From a bacterium (GTDB lineage Bacteria; UBA10199; 2-02-FULL-50-16; JAJFLM01): 64,000 nt of DNA. The notes under the pieces are model-generated. The model saw nothing but the letters and a program-made list of their open reading frames with translations. It was not told where the DNA came from and did no database searches. Positions 46,411-56,745 of this stretch are shown in pieces (positions within the stretch are counted from its first letter, which is position 1; the number at the start of each line of letters is the position of its first letter). The stretch lies in contig CBDCFN010000016.1 in NCBI GenBank assembly GCA_965216315.1, forward strand, positions 1,536,001 through 1,600,000, read 5' to 3'. The position numbers and the translations under genes were made by a program.

Positions 46411-47187
46411 TTAGCCAAAACGACCCGTTATATAATCTTCCGTCTGCTTTTCTGAGGGGTTAGTGAAAAGATTTTTTGTTTCCCCATATTCAATCAGTTT
46501 TCCTATATAAAGAAATGCCGTTCTGTCTGAAACGCGTGCGGCTTGTTGCATGTTGTGCGTCACAATCATGATTGTATATTCCTCTTTCAACTCATGGATA
46601 AGTTGTTCGATTTTAGCCGTTGCAATCGGGTCGAGTGCCGAACAAGGCTCATCCATCAAGATAACTTCCGGCTGTGTCGCAATTGCTCGCGCAATGCACA
46701 GTCTCTGCATCTGGCCGCCAGATAAGCCAAGTGCGCTTTCATGAAGCCTGTCCTTGACTTCATCCCAGAGCGCGGCGGACTTAAGACTTTTTTCAACGAT
46801 TTCTGCGAGCATGGCCTTATTGTTTTTGCCAGCGACTCTTAGCCCAAAGACGACATTCTCAAAAATTGATTTTGGAAATGGATTATATTTTTGAAATACC
46901 ATTCCAACTCGCTTGCGCAAATCAATAACTTCTAGAGTTTTTGCATAAATACTTTCTCCGCCAAGGTGAATATCGCCGTTGTACCTAGCTCCCGCTACAA
47001 GATCGTTCATGCGATTGATATTTCTTAGCAACGTCGATTTTCCACAACCGGAAGGACCAATAAGCGCCGTAACCTGTCGCGCTGGAACCTTCATACTAAT
47101 ATCAAATAGGGCCTGTTTATCCCCATAGAAGAAATCGAAATTAACTATTTCGATAATCTTATCATTCACCGTACTAGAATGCGCCAC
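46411..47187 (-). CDS. pstB: Phosphate ABC transporter ATPase
   Basis: [33 protein letters not shown]. Confidence 0.97.
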   Translation of the reverse strand: MAHSSTVNDKIIEIVNFDFFYGDKQALFDISMKVPARQVTALIGPSGCGKSTLLRNINRMNDLVAGARYNGDIHLGGESIYAKTLEVIDLRKRVGMVFQKYNPFPKSIFENVVFGLRVAGKNNKAMLAEIVEKSLKSAALWDEVKDRLHESALGLSGGQMQRLCIARAIATQPEVILMDEPCSALDPIATAKIEQLIHELKEEYTIMIVTHNMQQAARVSDRTAFLYIGKLIEYGETKNLFTNPSEKQTEDYITGRFG

Positions 47188-48808
47188 TAGAATATCTCCT
47201 TCTTAACCGCTCACGGATAAATATCGCACCAATATTCAAAGTAAATATCAAAGCAATCAAGAGCAATGTTGTCGCAAACACCATCGGTTTCGCTGCCTCA
47301 GAATCGGGTGATTGAAACCCAAGATCGTAGATATGAAAGCCCAGATGCATAAATTTTTGATCAAGATGAATATAGGGAGCTATCATATTAAGGGGTAATT
47401 CCGGGGCTAACTTGACAACGCCCACAAGCATCAACGGGGCAACCTCTCCGGCCCCACGCGCCATTGCCAACACCATACCTGTAAGTATCCCCGGGCCCGC
47501 CGCAGGCAACACGATACGCTGAATAGTCTGCCATTTGGAAGCACCACAAGCGAGCGAAGCCTCACGCAATCCTTGACCCACGGCTGCCAAGGCTTCTTCG
47601 GTCGCTACGATGACGACCGGAACTGTCATTAACGCAAGTGTCAAAGAGGCCCACAGGAGGCCTCCTGTGCCAAAAGTCGGTGTAGGCAGTCGATGTGAAA
47701 AGAAAAATTGATCAATGGAACCACCGATTAAATAGACAAAGAAACCCAGTCCAAAGACGCCAAATACGATTGAGGGCACTCCCGCCAAATTATTAACCGC
47801 AATACGAACCATACGAACCCATAAGCCTTGCCTCGCATACTCCCTCAAATAAACGGCGGCTATGACCCCAAATGGGGTTACGGCTAGACTCATGAGAACA
47901 GTCATAATAAACGTTCCAAAAATAGCCGGAAATATACCTCCCTCCGTATTGGCCTCGCGCGGCTCCTCTATCAGGAAATGCCCCATATTTCGGAACATCA
48001 GACCCACTCTGGCGAGCCAACTTAGCTGGTTCGGATAGTATGTATGAAGAATTTGCCCAAGATGGAGCATCTTTTCTTCACCACTTGGCAACCAATAGCT
48101 AAGCCGAGCCGACACCTGCTCCTGTCTCAATTCCTTCGCCTTGGCAGCCAATTTTTCATACTGTTGCTGTAATTGTCTTTTTTCTTCTTCGAGCGAATTC
48201 AACCTTTGTTGTATCTCTGCCGTTAAAGTCCCTGACTCAAGTTTCTTTTGTTCATATCTTAGATTCTCGAGGCTATGGTTGATGCTACCGATGTCTATCC
48301 TCTCAATTTCTCTAATTTGATCCCAACGGGACTCAACTTCACTCACCAGTCGCTTTAACTCAGCATTGAACGTTGGCTGTTCTACCGAAATTTCCTTTCC
48401 ATCCGCTAAAAGTAATTGCTTGGGATACATGAGCGCATCACCATACTCCAAACGCTCCACGCTTAAAATATCTTTAGGGTAACTCTTTTTTAGGATATCG
48501 TTAGCATTTACGAATACAAAGCTCTGCCCGTAATCCTCCTTATTGCCAATGAATAATTGCCACTCTTCAACACCCTCTTCCGTAGTTTGCTCTTTGACTA
48601 ACTCGCCGGCTAGTTGCTCGCTGCCAATAGGGCTCTTTACTCCGGTTTTAAGTTGGATTTGAACGATTCGCTGCGGCCAAAAGGCTTCAAGGCCATTCAA
48701 GACGAGGACGGATAAAAGACCCACTACCATTATCAGTCCTAAGGCAAGGCCCATGCCGGTAAGCCAGACAAGATGTTCTCCTTGTTTTGATTTCCGCCTA
48801 AATATCAT
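47174..48808 (-). CDS. pstA: Phosphate ABC permease PstA (long periplasmic coiled-coil type)
   Basis: [30 protein letters not shown]. Confidence 0.95.
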   Translation of the reverse strand: MIFRRKSKQGEHLVWLTGMGLALGLIMVVGLLSVLVLNGLEAFWPQRIVQIQLKTGVKSPIGSEQLAGELVKEQTTEEGVEEWQLFIGNKEDYGQSFVFVNANDILKKSYPKDILSVERLEYGDALMYPKQLLLADGKEISVEQPTFNAELKRLVSEVESRWDQIREIERIDIGSINHSLENLRYEQKKLESGTLTAEIQQRLNSLEEEKRQLQQQYEKLAAKAKELRQEQVSARLSYWLPSGEEKMLHLGQILHTYYPNQLSWLARVGLMFRNMGHFLIEEPREANTEGGIFPAIFGTFIMTVLMSLAVTPFGVIAAVYLREYARQGLWVRMVRIAVNNLAGVPSIVFGVFGLGFFVYLIGGSIDQFFFSHRLPTPTFGTGGLLWASLTLALMTVPVVIVATEEALAAVGQGLREASLACGASKWQTIQRIVLPAAGPGILTGMVLAMARGAGEVAPLMLVGVVKLAPELPLNMIAPYIHLDQKFMHLGFHIYDLGFQSPDSEAAKPMVFATTLLLIALIFTLNIGAIFIRERLRRRYSSGAF

Positions 48809-51075
48809 AACGATTTGTACTTATTACGAATATGTTGTCGCAGTATCTCAGCTGCAGTGTTCAATATGAATGTCATTAGAAACAGAACCATCGCACCGAG
48901 AAACAATGTACGGTACAATGTCCCTTGAAATGGAGCCTCAGGCAATTCGACGGCAAGATTGGCCGACAAAGTTCGAAATCCCGAAAAAATATTAAAATCG
49001 CTAATAGGCGTATTGCCTGTTGCCATTAAAACAATCATTGTCTCACCAACAGCGCGACCGAGACCAATCATCACCGCTGAAAAAATTCCGGCCGCAGCAG
49101 TCGGAACGACAACACGCCAGGCTGTTTGCCAACGACTCGCTCCCAGCGCTAAAGCGGCTGAGCGTAAGGACATGGGCACAGATGACAAGGCGTCTTCGCT
49201 AATCGTAAAGATAATCGGTATAACAGCAAAACCCATTATAAATCCGACAACGAGTGAATTGCGTTGCTCGAAGCTCCCACCGGTAACCTGCGTCCACCAC
49301 ACGCGAAAATCCCCAAAAAAATAGCTCTCGAGAAAAGGACCGCAGGACCACGCAACAAAAGCAATAAAGATAAGGCATGGTATTAATACGAAGGCCTCCA
49401 TACCCTCGGGGAAAAACCTCCGCCAGGACTTAGGTACTTTTTGCCAGAGCTCCGCGATAAGAATAACAGACAGTGGCAATACAATGATGATAAGTAAAAT
49501 AGAAGGAACCTTATTTTCAATCAGTGGTGCTAACCATAGGGCTGCCAGAAATCCTAATATCACGGAGGGGAGTGATGCCATAATTTCCATGATGGGTTTT
49601 ACAAAACGCTTATAGTTAGGGCGCATAAACTGAGAGGTGTAAAGACCTGCAAGGAGTGCGATCGGTAAGGCAAAGATCATTGCATAGAATGTCCCCTTAA
49701 GTGTTCCGATCAATAACGGTATGATTGAAAGTTTAGGTTCGAAGGCATCTGAACCCCCAGTAGACTGCCAGGTATAAGTTGGCTCTGAACCCCCTTCATA
49801 CCAAATCTTTGAAAAAAATGCCCTCATACCTCCGGCAGGATGAGGGTCATTGATTGCATATAAGTGGAGTTGTGCTGATCGATCTAGAAAAACAAGGCGT
49901 TGATACTTGCGCGAAAGCACCCCTAATAAAGCATTAAAAGGTAGTTGCTCCGACCATCTAACCTCAGCCGTTGTACCGTAGCGAATAGATGCGTTGTCTG
50001 GTGTTCCCACAAGAATGGCCTTATTTCGCAAACTCTTGCTAAAGTAGCGCATCGGTCCCGGTAAAACTGGAAACTCTTTGGTGCGTTGAAAGACTCTCTG
50101 GGTGTGCCCGGGCGGAACTGATAAGCTATATAGATAATTAGTACCATCCGCGTGAGTCACATAGAGCGAGACCCCTCCCAGCAGGAAATCAAGTGAAGCG
50201 ATGCGAGAATCCTTGAACGTTTCAAAAGGCTTGAACTGCTGCCTTAATTGAACCTCTCCCTCATTATAGCGAAAGAAATAAAGCATTCCCTCCTGGGTAG
50301 TCACGATAACCGTATCCGCTGCTTCGTTTACTCGAATGAGCTGGGCTTCACCTCTGACCTGAGAGCTAATATCAATACGAGCGTCTACACTGAATTCTCC
50401 TTCGCTTAATAGAGAGCTTTCTTGTGAAAGACTGACAATTTGTATCTTCTGCTGCTGCCTTGACTTCGTAATAGCAGCAATAAGCTGAACCTCTTCAGCG
50501 GACCCATACGCCATATCAATGATATTTACCGGCTCCGCCACGTCTTCAACTAAACCATCACTTAGATCACTCGATTTCTCAAAATCATACCAAGGTGTCG
50601 CTGTTAATGAGTAGGTGACCTTACGCTGCTGCTTCCCATCAACTTCTGAATATTGAGGCTGATAAGCCAGCGACATAAGCGAAAACTTGGCATCCGTTGT
50701 GGCAAACACTATTGTTTGACTATCAGCATCATATACCATGCCTGCAACCGGTTCCCTGAATTCAATTGGAAGCGCAGCCGTCTGCATACCTGCTGAGCCA
50801 ACCAAATCGATAAAGTAGAGCTCCGCTTGAGACGTGAGGACGAAAGGCAGCTCTCCCCACTCATCAACCCCTAAAATTTCATACTGATCTGGTTTTATGG
50901 GGATCGACTTAATCGGCGTTATTTTAGCTGCCGCAAACAAGGGAATAACTTGCCACAAAATAAACAGAAAAATTGCAAGAACAGACGCAATGATGCCCGC
51001 TCCACCCACTTTAATAAGATGGGTCATGAGCTTATCTATAAAAAGAGTCGAATTTTTTATGCCAAGTAATTTCAA
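48805..51075 (-). CDS. pstC: Phosphate ABC permease PstC (long periplasmic domain type)
   Basis: KIWYEG..WQSTG, ASLPSVILG, GRAVGETM, AVELPE. Confidence 0.93.
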   Translation of the reverse strand: MKLLGIKNSTLFIDKLMTHLIKVGGAGIIASVLAIFLFILWQVIPLFAAAKITPIKSIPIKPDQYEILGVDEWGELPFVLTSQAELYFIDLVGSAGMQTAALPIEFREPVAGMVYDADSQTIVFATTDAKFSLMSLAYQPQYSEVDGKQQRKVTYSLTATPWYDFEKSSDLSDGLVEDVAEPVNIIDMAYGSAEEVQLIAAITKSRQQQKIQIVSLSQESSLLSEGEFSVDARIDISSQVRGEAQLIRVNEAADTVIVTTQEGMLYFFRYNEGEVQLRQQFKPFETFKDSRIASLDFLLGGVSLYVTHADGTNYLYSLSVPPGHTQRVFQRTKEFPVLPGPMRYFSKSLRNKAILVGTPDNASIRYGTTAEVRWSEQLPFNALLGVLSRKYQRLVFLDRSAQLHLYAINDPHPAGGMRAFFSKIWYEGGSEPTYTWQSTGGSDAFEPKLSIIPLLIGTLKGTFYAMIFALPIALLAGLYTSQFMRPNYKRFVKPIMEIMASLPSVILGFLAALWLAPLIENKVPSILLIIIVLPLSVILIAELWQKVPKSWRRFFPEGMEAFVLIPCLIFIAFVAWSCGPFLESYFFGDFRVWWTQVTGGSFEQRNSLVVGFIMGFAVIPIIFTISEDALSSVPMSLRSAALALGASRWQTAWRVVVPTAAAGIFSAVMIGLGRAVGETMIVLMATGNTPISDFNIFSGFRTLSANLAVELPEAPFQGTLYRTLFLGAMVLFLMTFILNTAAEILRQHIRNKYKSL

Positions 51076-51098
51076 TTTTTATCCCCTACGAAAAACAC

Positions 51099-51138
51099 AA
51101 TCGGTGAGAGCGATGCTTAACATCTGCTCCCACCGATT
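51099..51138. other. Intercistronic stem-loop between pstS and pstC
   Basis: AATCGGTGAGAGC...GCTCCCACCGATT. Confidence 0.6.
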
Positions 51139-51194
51139 CGGAGAGTACTCAGGCTGCTAAGACACCTGAGACTTGAGGCCACCCTGGGTCAAGG

Positions 51195-52181
51195 CTATTG
51201 GGCTGCCAAAATTGTTACCTCTTTTGAGGCTATTTTCTCAGGCAATGGGAAATAGCCATCCTTAACGACAATTCTTTGTCCCTGTTGTGATTGTATAAAG
51301 CGAAGAAATTCAAAAGTTAGCTTATCCAACGCTTTTCCAGGTGCTTTATTGACGTAAATGTAGAGATAACGTGCAAGAGGATATTGCCCGCTTAAGGCCT
51401 TATCTGCCGTCGGCGCATAACAGTCACCCTTCTCCTTAACAGGTACAAATTTTACTCCCGAGGTCTTGTAACCAACACCCGAGTAACCAATTCCCGCGAT
51501 ATCACTAGAAACACCTTGCACAACCGCGGAAGAACCCGGCTGTTCCTTGACTGTTGACTTATAATCTCCTTTCTTCAAGACCTTCTTTTTGAAGAAGCCA
51601 TAAGTCCCCGAGGCACTATTGCGTCCATAAACCGAGAGAGGCCGATTTGCCCAGACACCTTTAAGCCCGAGATCTCCCCAAGTCTTGGCATCCTGGCCCC
51701 CTCTTTTGAGAGTACTTGAGAAAACAGAGTCTAACTGTTGCATGGAAAGACATTGGATCGGGTTATCCTTGTGAACATAGACCGCCAAGGCATCCACTGA
51801 AGTCTTAACTTGGGTAGGCTTATAACCGAATTTCTTCTCGAACGCATCCGTCTCCTTAGACTTCATGGCTCGGCTCATCGGTCCTAGTTGTGCCGTCCCA
51901 CTAATCAGGGCCGGGGGTGCCGTCGAAGAGCCTTTCCCTTCGATTTCAACGGTCACATTCGGGTAGATGGCCTTAAAGCCTTCTGCCCAATATGTCATCA
52001 GATTGTTCAGCGTATCAGAACCGATACTATTGAGTTTTCCTGAAACGCCGCTAGTCTGATCATAGGACTTTAATTTGGGGTCTAATTTGACGGTGCTTGC
52101 GTCGGCATTACTGCTAACTACAAGGCAAGCTACCGCCGCAAGAGTCACCGAGACTCGTTTTAGTTTATTTCCAAATCCCAT
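51195..52181 (-). CDS. pstS: Phosphate-binding protein PstS
   Basis: Signal peptide, GSDT, GKGSS, GRNSASGT, YPLARYLY. Confidence 0.95.
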   Translation of the reverse strand: MGFGNKLKRVSVTLAAVACLVVSSNADASTVKLDPKLKSYDQTSGVSGKLNSIGSDTLNNLMTYWAEGFKAIYPNVTVEIEGKGSSTAPPALISGTAQLGPMSRAMKSKETDAFEKKFGYKPTQVKTSVDALAVYVHKDNPIQCLSMQQLDSVFSSTLKRGGQDAKTWGDLGLKGVWANRPLSVYGRNSASGTYGFFKKKVLKKGDYKSTVKEQPGSSAVVQGVSSDIAGIGYSGVGYKTSGVKFVPVKEKGDCYAPTADKALSGQYPLARYLYIYVNKAPGKALDKLTFEFLRFIQSQQGQRIVVKDGYFPLPEKIASKEVTILAAQ

Positions 52182-52232
52182 TATATTGTTACTCCATATT
52201 GATAGTTAAGATACATTTCTTCGCCACCTACG

Positions 52233-53381
52233 TTAGAATACAAACTGCAATTGATTCCGTACTCTAAAATCATCCTGATTCAGCGTCCCCCCGTTATTGA
52301 TCAGGTAGGCGACATCCGTTTGAAACTTAATTGGATGTCCTTTAATGAACCAGTTGAGTGACATCGCATACTCATGTTCATTAACAACCGCATTCGTGAA
52401 GAAAGTTGAAGCTCCACGAGCGGCAATTTCAAATATTTCAGGAACAATGAAATACCCGACCTGCATCAAATATCCCAAGTTTGTCAGCTTCGGAGCATCA
52501 TGAGTGCGAAGCATCATCGCAGCGGCCTGCAATGAGAACCCTTTATACTTAAAGCCAACATCAATTGTCCCATGACTTGTCTTGGTTCCCGCAGCCACGG
52601 TGCCGCCGGAAAATCCCAAATCATGTTCATTAAAGGCATAGGCAATCCCGACCCCTAAATCCGGATCTTCATGCCATTTCACATCCGATTCGGAACTCTT
52701 ATACTTCCCAAGAATGGGAAACTCAATCCGCGTCCCGAACAGCAGACCTTGGTTGACATTAAACGTGTTGGCTCCCGCACCGTTCATCGCGAAGATGTCA
52801 TAGCGAAAGTGCTCCCACGGATGACCATGGATCGAAACACCGATGTCACGTTTAAAAGTGAAATCTCCGGTCGATAAGGCGCGATCAACAAACTGCTGTT
52901 TTCCAGACGAGGTCAATTCTTGCTTCAAGAATGGGACTTTAAACTGACCAAAGCGAATCCCGATCCACTTGAGCGGTGTCCAATCGGCATAGGCATCTTC
53001 CAAGTCGAAAAGACCCGATGTCGACTCGCGCGTCACGACGGTTGTTCCACCAACCGAAGTCGTGCGCGTACTGCTCTTCGTACCAAAGGCGCCTTGAAGT
53101 TTAAACTTCAAGTTTGGGTTGAGGACATGACCCTTAAAGCTTAGCTTGGCCCTTCTGACCTCAAATGTATTGGTGTCAGCGACACTGTTCTCCCGGAGAG
53201 TGTACGTATGCCGCCCCTGAACCCGACCCGAGATGTTAACTTCGTTATTGCCGTCTTCCGACTTGACCTTAGTTCCCTTACCGACTTTGTAGCTGACCTC
53301 GACGGCCTCAACCGGTCCTTGCAAAGCAAAAACGGCCGCAACGGCTACCACTATTGCTAGAGCTGTTTTCTTATTAAACAT
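52233..53381 (-). CDS. Phosphate-selective porin (OprO/OprP family)
   Basis: Signal peptide, VRRAKL, GQFKVPF, C-terminal Phe; directly upstream of pstS. Confidence 0.85.
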   Translation of the reverse strand: MFNKKTALAIVVAVAAVFALQGPVEAVEVSYKVGKGTKVKSEDGNNEVNISGRVQGRHTYTLRENSVADTNTFEVRRAKLSFKGHVLNPNLKFKLQGAFGTKSSTRTTSVGGTTVVTRESTSGLFDLEDAYADWTPLKWIGIRFGQFKVPFLKQELTSSGKQQFVDRALSTGDFTFKRDIGVSIHGHPWEHFRYDIFAMNGAGANTFNVNQGLLFGTRIEFPILGKYKSSESDVKWHEDPDLGVGIAYAFNEHDLGFSGGTVAAGTKTSHGTIDVGFKYKGFSLQAAAMMLRTHDAPKLTNLGYLMQVGYFIVPEIFEIAARGASTFFTNAVVNEHEYAMSLNWFIKGHPIKFQTDVAYLINNGGTLNQDDFRVRNQLQFVF

Positions 53382-53485
53382 TCATTCTCTCCTTATCCCT
53401 AGACCCCCTAAGGGCTAAACTGTTATTAAAAACTCTATTGGGGATGAACCTAGTATGCGGTGGGTGACGATATGATGGGGGGATT

Positions 53486-53503
53486 GTGACAATTGCGTGA
53501 CAA
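53486..53503 (-). promoter_or_regulatory. Pho box upstream of porin-pstSCAB-phoU
   Basis: Minus strand TTGTCAC-gcaa-TTGTCAC; extra GTCAC 22 bp further at 53464. Confidence 0.8.
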
Positions 53504-53587
53504 TTAAAAAGGCCTGGATGAGCCTGCAACCGCTAGGATTACAGCTCCCCAGGCCAGCAAACCGCTGATTCTGGCTATTTTTAGCAT
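53504..53587 (-). CDS. Putative 27-aa hydrophobic peptide MLKIARISGLLAWGAVILAVAGSSRPF
   Basis: SD AAGGGAGG (short spacing); below the ORF-track size cutoff. Confidence 0.45.
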   Translation of the reverse strand: MLKIARISGLLAWGAVILAVAGSSRPF

Positions 53588-53596
53588 AGTCCTCCC

Positions 53597-53698
53597 TTAA
53601 TCCATTGAGAACACCGGTGTGCGCCCACCGGCTCCACTGCCCATGTACAGACCAAACAACATGGCCAGGGTTACTCGTCTTATCACGTTCATGATCAT
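53597..53698 (-). CDS. Putative 33-aa peptide MIMNVIRRVTLAMLFGLYMGSGAGGRTPVFSMD
   Basis: SD AAGGAG 7 nt before ATG; downstream of a triple Pho box. Confidence 0.5.
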   Translation of the reverse strand: MIMNVIRRVTLAMLFGLYMGSGAGGRTPVFSMD

Positions 53699-53756
53699 TA
53701 TCTTTCTCCTTTATTCTTTTTTCTTTATTATTCGGAGCGAAGGTTACCACTCATCA

Positions 53757-53785
53757 ATGACAACTTAATGACATGTCAGTAACTT
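53757..53785 (-). promoter_or_regulatory. Triple Pho box
   Basis: Minus strand AAGTTAC-tgac-ATGTCAT-taag-TTGTCAT, 11-bp period. Confidence 0.75.
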
Positions 53786-53804
53786 CTTTGAAAATTAAAG
53801 GATT

Positions 53805-54221
53805 TCAGCAGGCTGGCGGGCAAGTATAATGGGTCACAAATTCAAGCAACGAGGCCATCCCCATCTGCCCTTTAGGAAAGTAGGCATCGGCACCCAAACT
53901 AAGACCACGCCGAATATCCTCTTCGGTGCCTCGTGCGGACACGATGATAATAGGAATCTTTTTGAATTCAGCCGAGCTCTTGAGAAAGGCACAAAGCTCA
54001 AAACCATCGGGCGACGGCATCATGATATCGAGAATAATGCAGTCCGGCTTCTCTTCATTTGCCAAATTCCAGATTGCTTCGAGACCTGAAGTCGACGTGA
54101 TAACATTAAAGCCATATGTGCTTAAATTGTATTCCATTAATTCTAAAATATCGGGGTCATCATCGACAACGAGAACGGTTTGCTTATTTTGTTGAAATAA
54201 TTGAGTCATGAAGAGACTCAT
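53805..54221 (-). CDS. Single-domain response regulator (REC only)
   Basis: VVDDD, ILDIMMP, VSAR, GADAYFPK; start may be ATG 54209. Confidence 0.88.
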   Translation of the reverse strand: MSLFMTQLFQQNKQTVLVVDDDPDILELMEYNLSTYGFNVITSTSGLEAIWNLANEEKPDCIILDIMMPSPDGFELCAFLKSSAEFKKIPIIIVSARGTEEDIRRGLSLGADAYFPKGQMGMASLLEFVTHYTCPPAC

Positions 54222-54232
54222 AACAACGATCT

Positions 54233-54261
54233 GTTACATTCTGGTGACATGCACGTAATTA
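54233..54261 (-). promoter_or_regulatory. Pho box upstream of the single-domain regulator
   Basis: Minus strand ATTAC-gtgc-ATGTCAC-caga-ATGTAAC, 11-bp period. Confidence 0.6.
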
Positions 54262-54280
54262 ATATGAAAAAAACCATACT

Positions 54281-56041
54281 CTAGCCTAGACCCAGCGTAA
54301 AAGAAAAACGTGACCCTGATCCTAATTGGCTCTCCGCATCGACTTGACCACCTTGCCCCTGCACTAAGTGCTTCACAATTGAGAGCCCTAATCCCGTGCC
54401 ACCAAGAGCGCGTGAGCGCGCCTTATCAACCCGATAGAAGCGTTCAAAAATATGGGGGAGATCCTCTTTGGGAATACCAAGCCCACTATCTTTGACTGAA
54501 ACTTCACAAAACCCATCGTCTGTCAGAGTCGAATATATGCGGATCGATCCTTTCTCTTCCGTATATTTGATGGCATTATCAATGAGATTACTGAGGATTT
54601 GGCGCAAAGCGGCAGGGTCCGCTTTGATCACCTGATCAGCTGGAACATCAATCTGAGTCTGAAGCTGTTTCTTTTCAAAACGTTCCTGAAAATCCCCCAA
54701 CACCGCCTCAATCACATCCCTTAGCTTAACGGATAACAAGGTAAGGTCACGGCGCCCCGATTCAATCTCGGAAATATCCAATATATCCTCTATTAAGTTT
54801 TGGAGTTGAGCTGCATTACTTTCAATCTTGGCTACGAAACGTTTTGCAGTACTTGCATCATCAAGGGCCCCGTTGCTTAGCGTTTCCGCAAAGCCTCTTA
54901 TACTCGTAAGTGGTGTCTTAAGCTCATGAGAAACGTTGGCCACAAACTCCTTACGAACATTTTCTAAGCGGCGCATCTCCGTCACGTCTTCCAAGACCGA
55001 TACAGACCCAACAATCGTTTCTAAACTCATTAAGGGAGCTGTCTGGACGTTGAGAAAGCGTTCTTGGGTCCCCACGAATAATTGGAGTTCTCTTACTTGT
55101 GGCCTCTTTTCTTCTAGGGTTCTCTGAACGGACTCATAAAGCTCCGTATTGCGTAATGATTCCACAATAGATTTTCCCTCTGGAGATATTTCGAGTTCGA
55201 AAATCTTAATGAGTGCCGGATTGACCATCGTTATTTCCCCTTTTTCATCCGTCACCAGGACCCCTTCGATCATACTGTCGAGAACCGCCTGCAATTGGTT
55301 TTTCTCGCTAAGTAAGGATGCGCGCTGGGCCTCCAAGTTAGCTGCCATTTCATTAATGCTCTTTGCTAGCGTTCCAAACTCATCTCGGCTCTGAGGAACG
55401 AGACGCTGACTCAGGTCACCTGCCGAAATTTGTTGGGCAACGCTTACCATCTCACTAACAGCTCGGCTCGCTCGACGTGAAATCAAGAAGCCCAATAGGG
55501 CGGCTAGAGCAAATGCCACTATAATGGCCAAAATAACCGATCTCTTAACCGCAGTTTCGGCCTTTTTGATAACTCTTAAGGGCAGTGAAACGCGCGCAAA
55601 TCCTCCTGAAACAGCTACCGCAACATACATCATATCCGTGTTAACGGTTGTCGAATAGCGTATTCGCATACCAAAAGCCTTATGAAGCGAATCTTGAACT
55701 TCCGGACGTTGCAGATGGTTCTCAATCTGAGGAAGTGCCGCCAAAGGAACACTGGAATCACCGAGTACACGCCCGTCAGCTGTAATAATCGTAATTCGGC
55801 TCTCTAGCTGACTCCCTAGCTCATCAGCCAATTGGTCTAACTGTTGGTAATCCCAGCTTCCCTTCGGGATATCTTTCAAGAGGTGGCGCACTAAAAACGC
55901 TTTTTCTTTTAGTTCGCTTTCCGTGTCTTGAATGAGAAATGAACGCAGATTTGGAACCAAATAGACATAAAGCGCAAAAAAGCTCAGCCCGATAATGACG
56001 GAAAAGGCCATAAAAAGGCGCCATAGGATTCTCGACTTCAA
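54281..56041 (-). CDS. phoR: Phosphate regulon sensor kinase
   Basis: TM-sensor-TM-HAMP-PAS, FVANVSHELKTPLT, FYRVDKARSR, GGTGLGL. Confidence 0.93.
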   Translation of the reverse strand: MKSRILWRLFMAFSVIIGLSFFALYVYLVPNLRSFLIQDTESELKEKAFLVRHLLKDIPKGSWDYQQLDQLADELGSQLESRITIITADGRVLGDSSVPLAALPQIENHLQRPEVQDSLHKAFGMRIRYSTTVNTDMMYVAVAVSGGFARVSLPLRVIKKAETAVKRSVILAIIVAFALAALLGFLISRRASRAVSEMVSVAQQISAGDLSQRLVPQSRDEFGTLAKSINEMAANLEAQRASLLSEKNQLQAVLDSMIEGVLVTDEKGEITMVNPALIKIFELEISPEGKSIVESLRNTELYESVQRTLEEKRPQVRELQLFVGTQERFLNVQTAPLMSLETIVGSVSVLEDVTEMRRLENVRKEFVANVSHELKTPLTSIRGFAETLSNGALDDASTAKRFVAKIESNAAQLQNLIEDILDISEIESGRRDLTLLSVKLRDVIEAVLGDFQERFEKKQLQTQIDVPADQVIKADPAALRQILSNLIDNAIKYTEEKGSIRIYSTLTDDGFCEVSVKDSGLGIPKEDLPHIFERFYRVDKARSRALGGTGLGLSIVKHLVQGQGGQVDAESQLGSGSRFSFTLGLG

Positions 56042-56736
56042 GATGCCTCCAAGCTCTCCCTAAAGCGATAGCCAACTCCACGCACTGTTTCAATATACGC
56101 ACCGGCGTCTCCCAGCTTCTCTCTGAGCCGCTTGATGTGAGTATCGACCGTCCGTGTCGTTAAGATCGCATCATAACCCCAGACTTGATCGAGAAGCATA
56201 TCCCTGCTCGCAACCCGACCCTGTGACTGATAAAGATATTGGAGCAAACGAAATTCTAGAGCCGTCATCTTTATATCGCTGTTACCAACACTAACTTTAA
56301 ACTTTTGAGGATCCACTGTAAGTATTCCGAACTGAAAAATTTTATTAACCTCTTCATTTTTCCGTGCCGACCCTGCCCGTCTTAGAATCGCCCTCACTCT
56401 CAGGATGAGCTCCCTCGTACTGAACGGCTTAGTAATATAATCATCGGCTCCAACTTCGAAGCCCACAATACGGTCGACTTCTTCACTCTTAGCCGTCAGC
56501 ATTATTATAGGGATATGCTTGGTTTTTTCTGTGGTTTTAAGATTGCGGCAGACTTCCAGTCCGTCCATATCAGGTAACATCAAGTCCAGTATTATGAGCT
56601 CTGGATTCATCTCCTGAGCCATTACTAGACCGGCCTTACCATTCTCACAAATTGTAACGTTAAATTTTTCTTGCTGGAGATTAAACTCGAGTAGCTCTGC
56701 TATATCTCTATCGTCTTCAATAGCTAAAATTTTCAT
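56038..56736 (-). CDS. phoB: OmpR-family response regulator PhoB
   Basis: ILDLMLP, GADDYITKPF, TRTVDTHIKRLREKL, TVRGVGY; overlaps phoR. Confidence 0.92.
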   Translation of the reverse strand: MKILAIEDDRDIAELLEFNLQQEKFNVTICENGKAGLVMAQEMNPELIILDLMLPDMDGLEVCRNLKTTEKTKHIPIIMLTAKSEEVDRIVGFEVGADDYITKPFSTRELILRVRAILRRAGSARKNEEVNKIFQFGILTVDPQKFKVSVGNSDIKMTALEFRLLQYLYQSQGRVASRDMLLDQVWGYDAILTTRTVDTHIKRLREKLGDAGAYIETVRGVGYRFRESLEAS

Positions 56737-56745
56737 ATAACATCG

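Noticed and set aside
47174..51075. Unusually long PstA and PstC as novel fusions
   Set aside because: Long periplasmic-domain PstA/PstC forms are already known, for example in Pseudomonas
53415..53750. 111-aa ORF from the track
   Set aside because: No RBS or protein-like composition, and it runs across the porin Pho box; two small ORFs with RBSs explain the region better
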